Notes: a model not told the origin generated them from the sequence alone. 64,000 nt of DNA from a virus (IMGVR_UViG_3300012983_001373:39621-103620); one strand, 5' to 3'; numbered from the stretch's first letter, positions 20,400 to 31,635 are shown. A program made the numbers and translations.

Positions 20400-22307
20400 C
20401 TATTCTTCTTCGTCTTCAAAGAATATAACTACATAATCTTCTCCGACTTTATATTTATTAACCGCTTCGAGTATTCTATCCTCATATTCTCTATATTTTG
20501 TTGGCATTGTAATCACAAGAGTATTACCTTTACGATAAGGACGACCATTAATATGTCCTATATCTAACATATTAAAATCATCTCTAGCGTCTTCTCTAAG
20601 ACCTCCGCCTAGTTGTCTTATATCTGTTAAATAAGTTTGGTCCATTGATTGACTAACTTTAATTATTGCTAACTTAACTATATTTAAATTTTCATAATCA
20701 TATTCTTCGTCATAACAATAATATATATTGTTTGTAGTTAAGTCAAAGTATAAAGCATATGTTTCATTTATTATTGCATCTTTTCCATTGACTTCTGTTT
20801 TAATATATGGTATTTTTACTGTTAAATCTTTTTGTAAATTGATACCGTACTTAGTACTTTTAAATGGAAACAAGCGAATAACTAAATCTTTATCTTGTTC
20901 TATTAGATATAACTTATTCGTTATGTCTGATTCAGTCATATAATATATTTGGTCTGCATAATATATCTTTCCATCTTTATATATGGAAATCCAACCAACA
21001 GGTTTTTCAGGTTCAATATATTGTGCGTTTTTTAATTTCTCCATATGGAATATTAATCTATCTGATTCAATTCCTTTACAGGAAATAGTATCTATTATAC
21101 TTGCCAAATCATTGTTGTCTACAGGTAGTTGTGTATTATTATCATATATATCTATATTATATATTCTATAATCGCCTTCATTTAATCTAAGAATCTCTGT
21201 TAGTTTTTTAGACGATAAGAATTTGTTTTTAACATGAAGTTGATTATTTATCACTTCATAATTAGGAACATTATATGATATCCATTCATTTATCTTTTCT
21301 GATTTCTTATATGATATAAGATAAACATACATCATTACTTCATATATTAAATCTTTATATCTAAGAGGGTCTTGAAGAACATCGTTATTAGAAATAATTT
21401 CAAAACCTTTTCCTTTGTGTTCTATAATTAAAATAGGACTTAATGCTTCATTAAATAAATGATGAACATTTACTCCATCTATTTGAGAAAATTCAGGTCT
21501 TAATAAGTTAAAATAGAAATCACTATGAACAGTGCTTTTTGATAATACAATAGGATTTTTAACAGTGAAATCTTTTATTGTTGAACTGCTATTGAATGTT
21601 ATATATCCTAAGTTATCATTTGTATATCTATATTTATAATGTGTATCGCAGCCCACCCATACATTCACATTATGTTCTAAAAGTGTATCTATACCAGCTT
21701 CAATTTCTGATTCTTTACTAAGCCAGAATCCATTCCATGTTTCCATAAATACAAAATCTTTTTTATTTAAATCTGAATAAAAGCAACTTAAATCTTCTTT
21801 ATTATTATTTATAGAAATATTAGGAGGCATTAATTTACGTCCTGCTGGATTAGAGAATATTTTTGATAATCTTAAGCCTAAATCTTGAGTATCTTCTTCA
21901 GCACAACCAATGTTTATATTGTATTTCTTACTACTACGATATGAATTTCTCATATTCTTTTTAGCTGTTACTACATATGAGAATTGATTTGGAACAAATG
22001 ATTGAGGTGGAGTATATAAATATTGTTCACCTATTCTATTAATTAATTTAGATGAATCTTGTGCTTCACCTGCGCTATTGAATAGTAACATATCCATATC
22101 TAACTCCTGCCCAGGTATGACAGGAGTATTATGAAAACTTGAAGAAGATGATGACTTTAAAAAGTCTTTTTCTATAATAGCTTTTATTTCATATTCGTTA
22201 TAATCTAAATTTATATAAGATAAAGGTATGTTTAAATTAGTATTTACTTTTGATTCATTAACTAATTTAATATCATGTTTAGAAGGATAAATTTTAATTT
22301 GGGCCAC
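20400..22307 (-). CDS. Putative baseplate structural protein
   Basis: 635 aa with C-terminal DIRQLGGGL...DIGHINGRPYR, located in the baseplate cluster. The true start may be ATT at 22298. Confidence 0.55.
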   Translation of the reverse strand: MAQIKIYPSKHDIKLVNESKVNTNLNIPLSYINLDYNEYEIKAIIEKDFLKSSSSSSFHNTPVIPGQELDMDMLLFNSAGEAQDSSKLINRIGEQYLYTPPQSFVPNQFSYVVTAKKNMRNSYRSSKKYNINIGCAEEDTQDLGLRLSKIFSNPAGRKLMPPNISINNNKEDLSCFYSDLNKKDFVFMETWNGFWLSKESEIEAGIDTLLEHNVNVWVGCDTHYKYRYTNDNLGYITFNSSSTIKDFTVKNPIVLSKSTVHSDFYFNLLRPEFSQIDGVNVHHLFNEALSPILIIEHKGKGFEIISNNDVLQDPLRYKDLIYEVMMYVYLISYKKSEKINEWISYNVPNYEVINNQLHVKNKFLSSKKLTEILRLNEGDYRIYNIDIYDNNTQLPVDNNDLASIIDTISCKGIESDRLIFHMEKLKNAQYIEPEKPVGWISIYKDGKIYYADQIYYMTESDITNKLYLIEQDKDLVIRLFPFKSTKYGINLQKDLTVKIPYIKTEVNGKDAIINETYALYFDLTTNNIYYCYDEEYDYENLNIVKLAIIKVSQSMDQTYLTDIRQLGGGLREDARDDFNMLDIGHINGRPYRKGNTLVITMPTKYREYEDRILEAVNKYKVGEDYVVIFFEDEEE

Positions 22308-24117
22308 CCCCTATTACGATGTATCCGTTTATTGTCGGAACCATCTTAGTATTATAATAGTGTATTTCGTTCATATATTGTAAATCGCTTGTAGCATATT
22401 TATAATTATCGTATATAACGTTTACATCTTCTCCGTCTTGAACAGCTATACTTAAATCATATCTATTATTTATATAATTGTAGTTTAAGCAATAGCTTTT
22501 ATCTTTTACATAATCAACTATTATCATTTGATATTTATCTATGTCAGCAAATCTAATTTCTCCTGTTTCTTTATTTATATATCTTAAATTTTCTTCGAAA
22601 AGAATATCATATGAATCAGCACAGGCATCTATTGTATCGTTATTAGGTGTTTTAACTTCTAATAATCTATCTAGTTCAAATCTACTGTATTTCTTAATAC
22701 AATAAACTACAACAGAACCAGAAACGTCTAATGGCTTTTCTGCTAATTTTACTGAATATCTTGGTTCAAAATACTCTCTTTCTGTATTTGTAAAATGATA
22801 TTTCTTAACGCCGTTTTCATAATAATATCTATATGAGCTTGATAAATCAAATGGTAATTCATGTCCATCAGTTATTACTACAGGCGACTTAATTATGCCT
22901 GGTATAGTATCTCTTAACTCGTCTTCTAGCGTAACGTTAGAAACAGTTCCATTGTAATCATGTATAACAAAATCTTTTATTTTTGAATTTGTATTTGAAA
23001 ATAATTTTATTATGTTACCTTTTACATTTATAGTTTTAACTAACATGGAGTTAGGATTGTATATGTTTAACACTCCTACTCCAGTATCTAGACTTTCGTA
23101 TTCATAAGAATAATAAACTCCGATTGCCAAATTTAAATCGTCGATGCTATAACTTTCTCCATCACAGTTTATAATAAAATATTCATCTACTTCATAAGGA
23201 ACTGTATTAACTGATGCATTAAATGAAAATTTATTTATATTATCTAAAGTTATAGTTATTAAACTTTCATCTATAATTCTTATATTATCAAAATCAGGTG
23301 ATGTTCTAATATAGCTATTGCTTTTTGATGTAGTAATAGCAATGTTTTTAATAGTGCCTTTTGTTCCTTTGAATTTTAATGATACAAGAGATTCGTCTTC
23401 GTGTACTGTGAATTCTATACCTCTTAATATATTTTTCTCTTCGTCATCTATTCTACTATCATTTGATACAAACACATAAGGTTTTATATCTGATTCAATA
23501 GAGTCATATTTTAGATAATATGTCCCACGAGGTAAAGGAATCTCTATTTGTTCTATTTCTGCAAGTCCATTACAATTTGTTAAAACAAATCCGTCTTGAA
23601 TAAAATCTATATAGCCACCATTAGTATGTTGCATGTTAACAGTCCAACCAAATGGTATAGCTGAAGCTATTGAGATATTGTTTATAACATTATCTTTATT
23701 AGAATAAAAGCCTATATAATAATCTTCCATATCATAATCACTTTTAAATTCTGTAATAACATATCCTCCTACAGATATAGCGAATATGTTTGATTGTTTT
23801 TGTAATATGATTTTTAAATCATCAGTACCTGCTATAGAGAGTGCGGCTCTATAAGAGCCAAGCACTCGTTGTAAGTCATTTTCTTTATATATAACTTCAA
23901 GTGATTTGTGTGTTAATTTAAACATTATTATTCCATTGCTTTTAGTTAATGTATGACTTGTTGCATTTATAAGCATTATTCCAAAGCCATTATTTATATA
24001 ATCTACAGACACTTCAATACGACAGTCTCCTGAATAAATATGATTGTCATATAAAACATCTTTCTCATAAAAAGTAATTCTATCTTCTGTACTTATTCTA
24101 CAATTAGATTGAAGCAA
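22294..24117 (-). CDS. Putative baseplate/tail structural protein (beta-rich)
   Basis: 607 aa, TTG with GAGGTGA RBS, abutting the upstream stop. Confidence 0.55.
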   Translation of the reverse strand: MLQSNCRISTEDRITFYEKDVLYDNHIYSGDCRIEVSVDYINNGFGIMLINATSHTLTKSNGIIMFKLTHKSLEVIYKENDLQRVLGSYRAALSIAGTDDLKIILQKQSNIFAISVGGYVITEFKSDYDMEDYYIGFYSNKDNVINNISIASAIPFGWTVNMQHTNGGYIDFIQDGFVLTNCNGLAEIEQIEIPLPRGTYYLKYDSIESDIKPYVFVSNDSRIDDEEKNILRGIEFTVHEDESLVSLKFKGTKGTIKNIAITTSKSNSYIRTSPDFDNIRIIDESLITITLDNINKFSFNASVNTVPYEVDEYFIINCDGESYSIDDLNLAIGVYYSYEYESLDTGVGVLNIYNPNSMLVKTINVKGNIIKLFSNTNSKIKDFVIHDYNGTVSNVTLEDELRDTIPGIIKSPVVITDGHELPFDLSSSYRYYYENGVKKYHFTNTEREYFEPRYSVKLAEKPLDVSGSVVVYCIKKYSRFELDRLLEVKTPNNDTIDACADSYDILFEENLRYINKETGEIRFADIDKYQMIIVDYVKDKSYCLNYNYINNRYDLSIAVQDGEDVNVIYDNYKYATSDLQYMNEIHYYNTKMVPTINGYIVIGGGPN

Positions 24118-27100
24118 TTACATCACCTCTAATTCTATATTATTAAATTTCACATATGTCTGACGAGATTTTAATACTACTTTATATTGAACAAATCTTG
24201 CATCTTTTAATAACACATTATTTGTTATATTGAAATTAGCATTAAAAGGTATTAACTTCCATTCGCTCCAAACATCAACTCTGTTAACATCACGAGATGA
24301 TCTTATATATATCATAACGTTATTAACATCACTTACATCTTCTATATCAAGTTTTTTAACTTTTACATCTATAATATCTTGTAAGTCATATATCTTAGAT
24401 TCTATATAACCAGATTGACCTGTTTTAATTGGCAATAGATTTTCTTCTGTGCTTCTATATTCTACAAACACAGTAACATTGTTTATAATTTTATTAGCAG
24501 GTACATTTATTTTTAATTTAACATATCTCATTAACTGCTCCCCTACGATATGTCCAGTATTAGAATAAATAACTTGTTTGTTTTCAAATGGACCGTTTTG
24601 ATTATTTGCTGTTAATACATCACATACAAAACCTTGCATATTTGCGAATTCTATATCATTTATTTTAACTATTAGATTCTTAACAGTTTTAGGGTCTCCT
24701 ATATTAATTAAAGGTGTCTCTATAACTCCTTGTCTATTATCTGTGAATGCATAGTCAGGATTGACTCCTATATTAGACAAATAACATTTCATAAAATCAT
24801 TGTCAGTATCAAGTTCAAATATTTTAGTTATATACCAGTCAATTGCAGATGTGTTTTTAATATAACCGTTAGACATTAAACCAGCTTTATATGCTTTATA
24901 ATCTTTATTATTTTTAAGTTTAAGTTTTATACGGTCGCCTTGAACTCTCTTATCTTCAAACTTTAATCCTAATAAATCTATATTTTTAGTATGCATATTA
25001 GCGTTATTTATATCTGTACTTAAAATTAAATCATCTAAAACACCTGTGCCTTTAACTACTAAATAATAACGAACATCGTCATTCTTGTTAATAACAGTAT
25101 TTCTTATATCTTCTGATGCGTTTTCAGATATAATTTGTTTATCTATTTTTATATTTAAAGCTCTATTAAATTTAATTCCTAAATAAAGTTGTTCTTGTCC
25201 TATATAAGTTTCTATACCTGGCGTAGCATAGAATGAAAGGTAATTAGGACCATTTTCTAAGTATTCTGTTATGTCTATAAATGCATAACCATTATATACT
25301 TTAGATTCAAATTTAATTCCTAAGTCATTAAGACCTTTTGTTAATTCCATTTCCATTCCAAAACAATTCCAGTCATTAAATGAATCACAAGCTGTTAAAG
25401 TATTTAATGCTGATATACCTCTTGATAAAGGTAAATTAGTATTATAGTTATAAAGTTCAGCTACATTTTTTAATCTCATTTCGCTATTATATAAATAGTT
25501 ATTTGTTTCTTTATAAGTAGTTAATTCACCACCTGATAAATCTACATTGGTAAATGTATAATATTTATTATTTGACATCTTTTGATCACCATTGTTGCCA
25601 AATAAATAATACTCTCTACCATTCATATAATAGTAACCTGTTTTAATTAAAAGAGTATCTTCTTCTATATACTTTCTAAACACTATTGTATCTTTACCTT
25701 GTAGTATGGATTCAAAAGTAGGCTCGCTACATGAAGTATATATTAAATCAATATCATCGAAAGTAAAATCTAAAGTACCGTCTTCGTTAAGATTATTTAC
25801 TTCGTTCTTAATATTTATTTTATCTTTATCTCTAAAGTTTTCTCTAAAGATTGAACCCAATTCAGAATAAGCTAACATATCATAATCAGCTTTTTCATAT
25901 AAATACTCAGTGCTAAATTGGAATCCTACTGGTTTCTTTATAGAATAAACTATATAAATTTTATTTTCTGGTGGCGCCTGATTCCATATTAAAATACCTG
26001 CGTCATTTATTATATTCGTTCCTGGAATTTCTTTTATATAATGTGTTGTATAAGGTATAGTACTTAAATGATAAATAGTATCTATATTAGAAAAAGTAAG
26101 TTTATTAAAGCCGCTATTGTCTATTGTTAATTCTTCATGCTTTAATAAGTTTTCTGTTTCTGCTGTACCATTATAATATTGATAAGCTACAGAGACTCTA
26201 TCGTCTTTAGGTTCTATTATAAAGTGTTCTGTATTTAATATTGTATTATTTGTTAATGTATAAGAATCTTTTATGTCAACAGATGTACTTAAAACTTCAT
26301 TAACACTTATATTAAATGATTGTGAGTTATATGAGTTTTTATTATGTACATCAATTGCTTTATTTTCAATAGCAACAAAAGAGTTGCTTGTACCTATAGA
26401 CCAATCATATAAATCATCTATATCTGTATCGCTATTTGTTTCATTATGGAATTTAATATCTACATTATTTAAAGTTTCATCGAATAGTTTTATTTTATAA
26501 AATAAGAATTTATTTGTATCTAATGTTGGAGCAAAATTATTTATTATAGGTATATTTCTATTGTCTTTTGTTACTGTTGCATACTCATTAACAGCTTCAT
26601 ACATTTGTGCTCCTGCAGGATAAAAACTTATAGAATCAAATGCATTGTAAATTGTATTGCTTCTCGTTTCTGTTCCTCCATTAGAATTAAATATAACACC
26701 TACATCTGTAGGAGTTTTCATATAGTATTTAAAAGCATTTATTCCTTCTACTACTTTAGATGGAATACTTATTATTTCATTATAAGGAGTTCCGCCTGGA
26801 TTACTTCTAGTAATAACTAAACCTGGAGTCAATGCACTACAATATACTTTATCATATGTCATATCAAAATCAGGCATTATAGACTGTATCAATTCATTTA
26901 AAGTTATTTCTCTAGTGTCATTAGTAAATTGACCTTGTAAAGTTATTATACTAGCTTTTTGTCTATTGCTTAATTTTAATCTGTAGAAAGTCACGCCGCT
27001 TTCTACTATTGTTTCTACATACCCTTGGTTTGTTGTTATTTCTGATATGTTCTCATATTGACTTAAATCTAAGTTTATATATGCATTATCTGAAGTAGCT

Positions 27101-29355
27101 TCAAATTCAGTCATTGGTAAATAGTTTTCATTAAATAATTCAAACGTTCCTTTAACTTCTTTAAATAATTGCATATTAGCATTTGTTCTTATGTTTAATG
27201 TTCTTTGGCAATTTGTTTTATATGGTATAGGAACAGATAAATATTCATTATCAAAATTGTTCCCTATTGTAATAGCCTTTAAAAGAGGAGAATTGCCTAG
27301 CTCAGTTTTCATATATAAATTTAAATTTAATGAGCTAAACATAGAATCAATTTTATATCTACAAGGTTTATCAGTTGCTATTAATACACCATTATCAAGA
27401 GAAAATTCTATTTCATAATTCTTATAAACAAAATTACTAAACTTAACATCTTCTCTACTTAAAACTTCTATTTCTATAGTTAACTCGTGAGGCGAATTTG
27501 GTTCACCAAAAAGATTATTTGATAATGCAGGTTCATCTTCACCGTCATCGTTCATCATCATAATCTCTTCTGTATAATTTGCATTATAAGAATGGAACCA
27601 ATTACCTCCACCTAGTACAGTGCTATAAGTTTTAGAATCGGTTTTATCTATTATTCTTATTGTATTAATGCTTGTTGCTTCTGTAGGCTCTATGTAAAAT
27701 GATACGTAATTTGCGTTTATATTAAATGTTATAATCTTTTCTTCAGTAGAAAAGTCTCCACGAACTACATATTCATTATTATCGTTCCAATAACCACCTA
27801 CATAATCTATTAGTGTTTTATTTATATTTACACTTTCACATTCGAAAACATAATCTAAATAAGCTTCTTCATCTATTTCGATATTGACAGAAGCACTGGC
27901 TTCTACATTTCCTGTATCTATAACTATACCGTCTATAGTATTAGCGAAGCCTTCTGAACGATTAAAATGTTCTACAGCATTTAACTTTCTATTATTGTTG
28001 AAAGGAATAAGTTCACTTTCAGCATTTATTATGAATCCATTGCCAGGTACTTTTAAATCAAGTACTTCTACTTCTTCACCTGTCATTGTATCATTATAAT
28101 AAACTTCAGCAGTTGTTATTTTTAATTCTTCATTAGCTTTGTTAGCAAACAATAATTTATATGTATCATTATCAGAAGAAGGAATTATATTGTTCTCTAT
28201 TCTTGTAACGTCTTGTCCCCAATCAAGTGCAATTTCTTCTATTGGTAATTCTATTTTTTTGTCTTTAGCTTCATATACAAATAATTTGATTTCGTCATGA
28301 GTTATATCTTTTAATTCAGATGCAGTGATTTTATATTTAACATTTGTTTTGTTTAATACATTATTATATTTAGTCATAGAGAATTCTATATCTGTATCTA
28401 TATATTTATCTCTTAAATAAACCTGGAATGATTCTAAAGACTTTTGATAAAAATGTATGGTTGCATCAGTTGAATCAACATTGTCTGCAAGAATAACTTT
28501 TAAATCGTCTCCTGAACCTATTCCGTTTTTCCATTCTGTAATAGCTTTATCCCACACATGAGGAATATAAGATATAGATTCAAAATCATATGTCCAAAAA
28601 TCCGTATCCCATCTTTTGCATCTATATATATCTCTATTGACTTCTGCCAACATATCAAGAAGAGTCTCGAAATCTTCATATGGTTTAACTAGATTTTTAG
28701 GAGTAACAGGTTCTATCTTTATATGTTCAGGTTTTATATCAGGACAGTCTGTTAATAACTCTGCTATGATAGCATTCTTTAAACCATCTTCAGAGCTGCT
28801 AGGTAAATTCTGTGCTGTATATAAAATACGTTTAACAAGGTTACTGTTTGATTCCCATTCTTGTCTTCTTAAACTCATAAATGTAGCAAACTCATCAAAG
28901 ATATTCCATATGTGAGTTCTTTCTAATTTATAAAAAGAAGAGTTTTCTCCTATTCTTACTTCTAATCTAGGAACTTTTTCATCATAATCTTCTTCTTTTA
29001 TATAGATGTATCCGTCTTCATAATAAGAATAAGTAGATATTTTTTCAAATTCTTTTGCATCTGTTAAAAAAGGGAACCAGTTATCTTTATAATAAACATA
29101 AACATCAGTAAACGAAGTTAAGTCTCCTACATGTACTTTATAAGCAAAAGTCATAACTTCGTCTTCTTTACCAGTATAACTAATTAAAAAATGTGATTTG
29201 ATGTATTCATCAAGAGCATCTTGTATATAAGTTTCTTCATTTAATATTGCACCAAGAAACTGACCTCCTGTACTTTTTGTATATCTTTTCCTAATATCAG
29301 TCCATTTAGGGAAAAAAGTAATTGCTCTTTTAATCATAGAGTTATAATCAAACAT
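24118..29355 (-). CDS. Large baseplate wedge-associated protein
   Basis: 1745 aa, directly after baseplate J. N-terminal FFPKW and HIWNIFDEFATFMSLRRQEWESN...GLKNAI resemble gpI/gp7-like wedge proteins. Confidence 0.6.
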   Translation of the reverse strand: MFDYNSMIKRAITFFPKWTDIRKRYTKSTGGQFLGAILNEETYIQDALDEYIKSHFLISYTGKEDEVMTFAYKVHVGDLTSFTDVYVYYKDNWFPFLTDAKEFEKISTYSYYEDGYIYIKEEDYDEKVPRLEVRIGENSSFYKLERTHIWNIFDEFATFMSLRRQEWESNSNLVKRILYTAQNLPSSSEDGLKNAIIAELLTDCPDIKPEHIKIEPVTPKNLVKPYEDFETLLDMLAEVNRDIYRCKRWDTDFWTYDFESISYIPHVWDKAITEWKNGIGSGDDLKVILADNVDSTDATIHFYQKSLESFQVYLRDKYIDTDIEFSMTKYNNVLNKTNVKYKITASELKDITHDEIKLFVYEAKDKKIELPIEEIALDWGQDVTRIENNIIPSSDNDTYKLLFANKANEELKITTAEVYYNDTMTGEEVEVLDLKVPGNGFIINAESELIPFNNNRKLNAVEHFNRSEGFANTIDGIVIDTGNVEASASVNIEIDEEAYLDYVFECESVNINKTLIDYVGGYWNDNNEYVVRGDFSTEEKIITFNINANYVSFYIEPTEATSINTIRIIDKTDSKTYSTVLGGGNWFHSYNANYTEEIMMMNDDGEDEPALSNNLFGEPNSPHELTIEIEVLSREDVKFSNFVYKNYEIEFSLDNGVLIATDKPCRYKIDSMFSSLNLNLYMKTELGNSPLLKAITIGNNFDNEYLSVPIPYKTNCQRTLNIRTNANMQLFKEVKGTFELFNENYLPMTEFEATSDNAYINLDLSQYENISEITTNQGYVETIVESGVTFYRLKLSNRQKASIITLQGQFTNDTREITLNELIQSIMPDFDMTYDKVYCSALTPGLVITRSNPGGTPYNEIISIPSKVVEGINAFKYYMKTPTDVGVIFNSNGGTETRSNTIYNAFDSISFYPAGAQMYEAVNEYATVTKDNRNIPIINNFAPTLDTNKFLFYKIKLFDETLNNVDIKFHNETNSDTDIDDLYDWSIGTSNSFVAIENKAIDVHNKNSYNSQSFNISVNEVLSTSVDIKDSYTLTNNTILNTEHFIIEPKDDRVSVAYQYYNGTAETENLLKHEELTIDNSGFNKLTFSNIDTIYHLSTIPYTTHYIKEIPGTNIINDAGILIWNQAPPENKIYIVYSIKKPVGFQFSTEYLYEKADYDMLAYSELGSIFRENFRDKDKINIKNEVNNLNEDGTLDFTFDDIDLIYTSCSEPTFESILQGKDTIVFRKYIEEDTLLIKTGYYYMNGREYYLFGNNGDQKMSNNKYYTFTNVDLSGGELTTYKETNNYLYNSEMRLKNVAELYNYNTNLPLSRGISALNTLTACDSFNDWNCFGMEMELTKGLNDLGIKFESKVYNGYAFIDITEYLENGPNYLSFYATPGIETYIGQEQLYLGIKFNRALNIKIDKQIISENASEDIRNTVINKNDDVRYYLVVKGTGVLDDLILSTDINNANMHTKNIDLLGLKFEDKRVQGDRIKLKLKNNKDYKAYKAGLMSNGYIKNTSAIDWYITKIFELDTDNDFMKCYLSNIGVNPDYAFTDNRQGVIETPLINIGDPKTVKNLIVKINDIEFANMQGFVCDVLTANNQNGPFENKQVIYSNTGHIVGEQLMRYVKLKINVPANKIINNVTVFVEYRSTEENLLPIKTGQSGYIESKIYDLQDIIDVKVKKLDIEDVSDVNNVMIYIRSSRDVNRVDVWSEWKLIPFNANFNITNNVLLKDARFVQYKVVLKSRQTYVKFNNIELEVM

Positions 29356-29361
29356 AGTTTA

Positions 29362-30174
29362 TTATCCCTCCACATTCCAGTATATTATTTCATCTAATAA
29401 GAATTTCGCCACTAGCGTTTGTAATATTTCAAAATCAGTTATTTCTTCATCGTTGTTATACATTTGAACAACATTAAAATACTCTACTCCGTTTACATTT
29501 AAACCTATTTTATTTATCTCTCCTAGTTGTAACATTTTGCCTGGAGCGATATTGTTTATATAATCTTCAATTGATTTTTTTAATTGCATTTTAATAGTTT
29601 CTATATCATAGTCTTCTTTTATATCAAGATAAACAACTAACTTAATTAAAGAAGGTTCTGCTATTTCAAAATATATAATAGAACTTGGAGAAGTAACTTT
29701 TCCTATTTTTTGTTGAGCCTCTCTTAATGCCATTGCTCTTCCTGATTCAGAATAATCAGAAGGGATTAAATATATAGTTGCTGTACCTACGCCATGAGTA
29801 TAAGGAATATAATTTGCAGCTGAACTATATAATAGAATCTTCCCAGTATCTTCTATTGCTTGTCTATTAGAAGATGCATTTCTTTGAACCCAATTACTTA
29901 ATCTATATAAATAATTTTTATCAGATTCATCTTCTTGTCTAGGACAATTTAAGAAGTATCCTGTGTCATCTAATTCTTCTCCTTGTTGCTTTGTAAACAG
30001 ATAAGGTTTTTTATTGTTTTCTATTGTTTTATAAATCGTTTCCATAGAATCGGCTATTGCTTTCATTATCATATCTATAATAGAACGAGGAGCTACGTCA
30101 ACACCTGTAAGCTCGAAAAATTTATTTTTTATGTTCTGATATATTTCTTCAAATGATTTGATAATAATCACCAC
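29362..30174 (-). CDS. Baseplate J-like (gp6-type) wedge protein, compact
   Basis: 270 aa. Contains KSFEEIY, GEELDDTG...R.EDESD..Y..RL, GVGTATIYL and IEDYINNIAPG..L.L..I...NVNGV, all baseplate J hallmarks. It follows a gp25-like gene. Confidence 0.8.
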   Translation of the reverse strand: MVIIIKSFEEIYQNIKNKFFELTGVDVAPRSIIDMIMKAIADSMETIYKTIENNKKPYLFTKQQGEELDDTGYFLNCPRQEDESDKNYLYRLSNWVQRNASSNRQAIEDTGKILLYSSAANYIPYTHGVGTATIYLIPSDYSESGRAMALREAQQKIGKVTSPSSIIYFEIAEPSLIKLVVYLDIKEDYDIETIKMQLKKSIEDYINNIAPGKMLQLGEINKIGLNVNGVEYFNVVQMYNNDEEITDFEILQTLVAKFLLDEIIYWNVEG

Positions 30175-30176
30175 CT

Positions 30177-30692
30177 TTATAGAGTATAATAAAACACTTG
30201 ATTGTTATGTTTTATAGTAAGTTTAATCGTATCATAATAATCTAAATAATTAGATTTTAATTTAACCGCCGTTATTGTAGCATTAGGAAGCAAGTCAGAT
30301 AATGCTTCTTGAGCGCAATAAACAACTTGTTGTAATAATTCATTGTCATCTAAGTTTGCATGCATTAGCATAAAAATCTTAGAGCCAAAATCATCATCTT
30401 TTGATATTGTTCCAAACTCTGTAGATAATCTTATTTTAATAGCTTGTTGTATGAATCTGTTGTCTTCCACAAGTCTACTGTTTTTATTAAAATCAACTGT
30501 ATAAGTATAAAAATCTATACATAAAGTTTGAGCATTTTGTTGAACTGTTTTCGAACTCTTAGTATAGAAATTAAACGTTAAAGCATTTGAAGGACAAAGA
30601 AAGAAATTAAATGTAAGTCCGCTTTCTTTCACCATCTCTGTTTCTTCAAATGTAATATCTCCAGTTGATGTTAAGTATAGATCTAAAGCCAT
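30177..30692 (-). CDS. gp25/GPW-like baseplate wedge protein
   Basis: 171 aa, ATG with GGAGG RBS. Contains DLYLTSTGDI and IQQAIKIRLSTEFG....DDFGSKI, the gp25-like signature. Confidence 0.75.
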   Translation of the reverse strand: MALDLYLTSTGDITFEETEMVKESGLTFNFFLCPSNALTFNFYTKSSKTVQQNAQTLCIDFYTYTVDFNKNSRLVEDNRFIQQAIKIRLSTEFGTISKDDDFGSKIFMLMHANLDDNELLQQVVYCAQEALSDLLPNATITAVKLKSNYLDYYDTIKLTIKHNNQVFYYTL

Positions 30693-30702
30693 TTAATCCC
30701 TC

Positions 30703-31251
30703 CTATTTACCATTATCTTTAACATCAGATAAATCTTTAATATTTCTCTTATAATCTAATATATCCTCAACAAAGTCAGTTAATATGTCTAATCTAGGGT
30801 CTATCACATAAGCATCTAGTATATTACTAAACATAGCAAAACGTGCTGGTCTTCTAATAAGTACATATTGTTCTAATGTTGGCTCCCATGCTTTTACTAA
30901 TATAGTTGAATCCATTGTCATGTTTCCCATAACTGTATTCATATTGGACATAAGATTTGTAAATTCTAATAACTGTGTATTTAATTTGTGTTTATTAATT
31001 ATAAAATCAGAACAGTTTAATTCTTTAGTAACAGTGTTCTCTACTGAATTTAATGAGTTTTCTATTATAGTACCACTTTGTCTGTCAATTTTATGTTGTG
31101 CATAAATACCACTTGTAGCGCTTATAGAGCCAGAACTTTTTATTGTTATTCCTGACTTACCTTTCTTAGATGCAATAGTAACATCTTTACCTTTACTTGC
31201 TGTTGTCGTTTTCTTGAATGCTTCATTAAACAAGTTTGATTTAGTAGCCAA
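30703..31251 (-). CDS. Putative baseplate spike C-terminal-like protein
   Basis: 185-aa ORF (track start 31260). GGAGGT RBS favours TTG at 31251. Short beta repeats (GITIKSSGSISATSG). Lies between the OB-fold gene and gp25. Confidence 0.45.
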   Translation of the reverse strand: MATKSNLFNEAFKKTTTASKGKDVTIASKKGKSGITIKSSGSISATSGIYAQHKIDRQSGTIIENSLNSVENTVTKELNCSDFIINKHKLNTQLLEFTNLMSNMNTVMGNMTMDSTILVKAWEPTLEQYVLIRRPARFAMFSNILDAYVIDPRLDILTDFVEDILDYKRNIKDLSDVKDNGK

Positions 31252-31612
31252 TATATCCACCTCCGCTTCCTGTTATATCAGCATATATATCATCATACGT
31301 CATTTCTTCTATTGCTGCTGCCTCTGCAAAATCAAAACTACCTATTATAACATATCTTTTAAATTTTTCAGTTACTTTTACGTAATCTCCTTTTTCAGGA
31401 AACCATTTGTCCCCTAGAGCTGCATCAGTAACTTGTACTTTAACATTATATACTGTTTGACCTATACCGTCCCTTGATATTAAAGATACAGTACAAGAAT
31501 TTGTTGCTTTGTCTGTAGAAATAACTTCTCCAACTTTTTCTTGGTCATTTTTATATTTAGTATTTTGATTAAGCAAATTAGCTCTAATTGCTTTACTTAA
31601 CATTCCTGACAT
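31241..31612 (-). CDS. GpV/gp5-like OB-fold baseplate spike protein
   Basis: 126-aa ORF (track start 31621; RBS spacing favours ATG at 31612). Contains GEVISTD...CTV and WFPEKGDYVKV...VIIG, the PxxGDxV OB-fold motif. Follows the hub gene. Confidence 0.6.
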   Translation of the reverse strand: MSGMLSKAIRANLLNQNTKYKNDQEKVGEVISTDKATNSCTVSLISRDGIGQTVYNVKVQVTDAALGDKWFPEKGDYVKVTEKFKRYVIIGSFDFAEAAAIEEMTYDDIYADITGSGGGYIGY

Positions 31613-31635
31613 ACAAATCATCTCCTTTAAATCTA

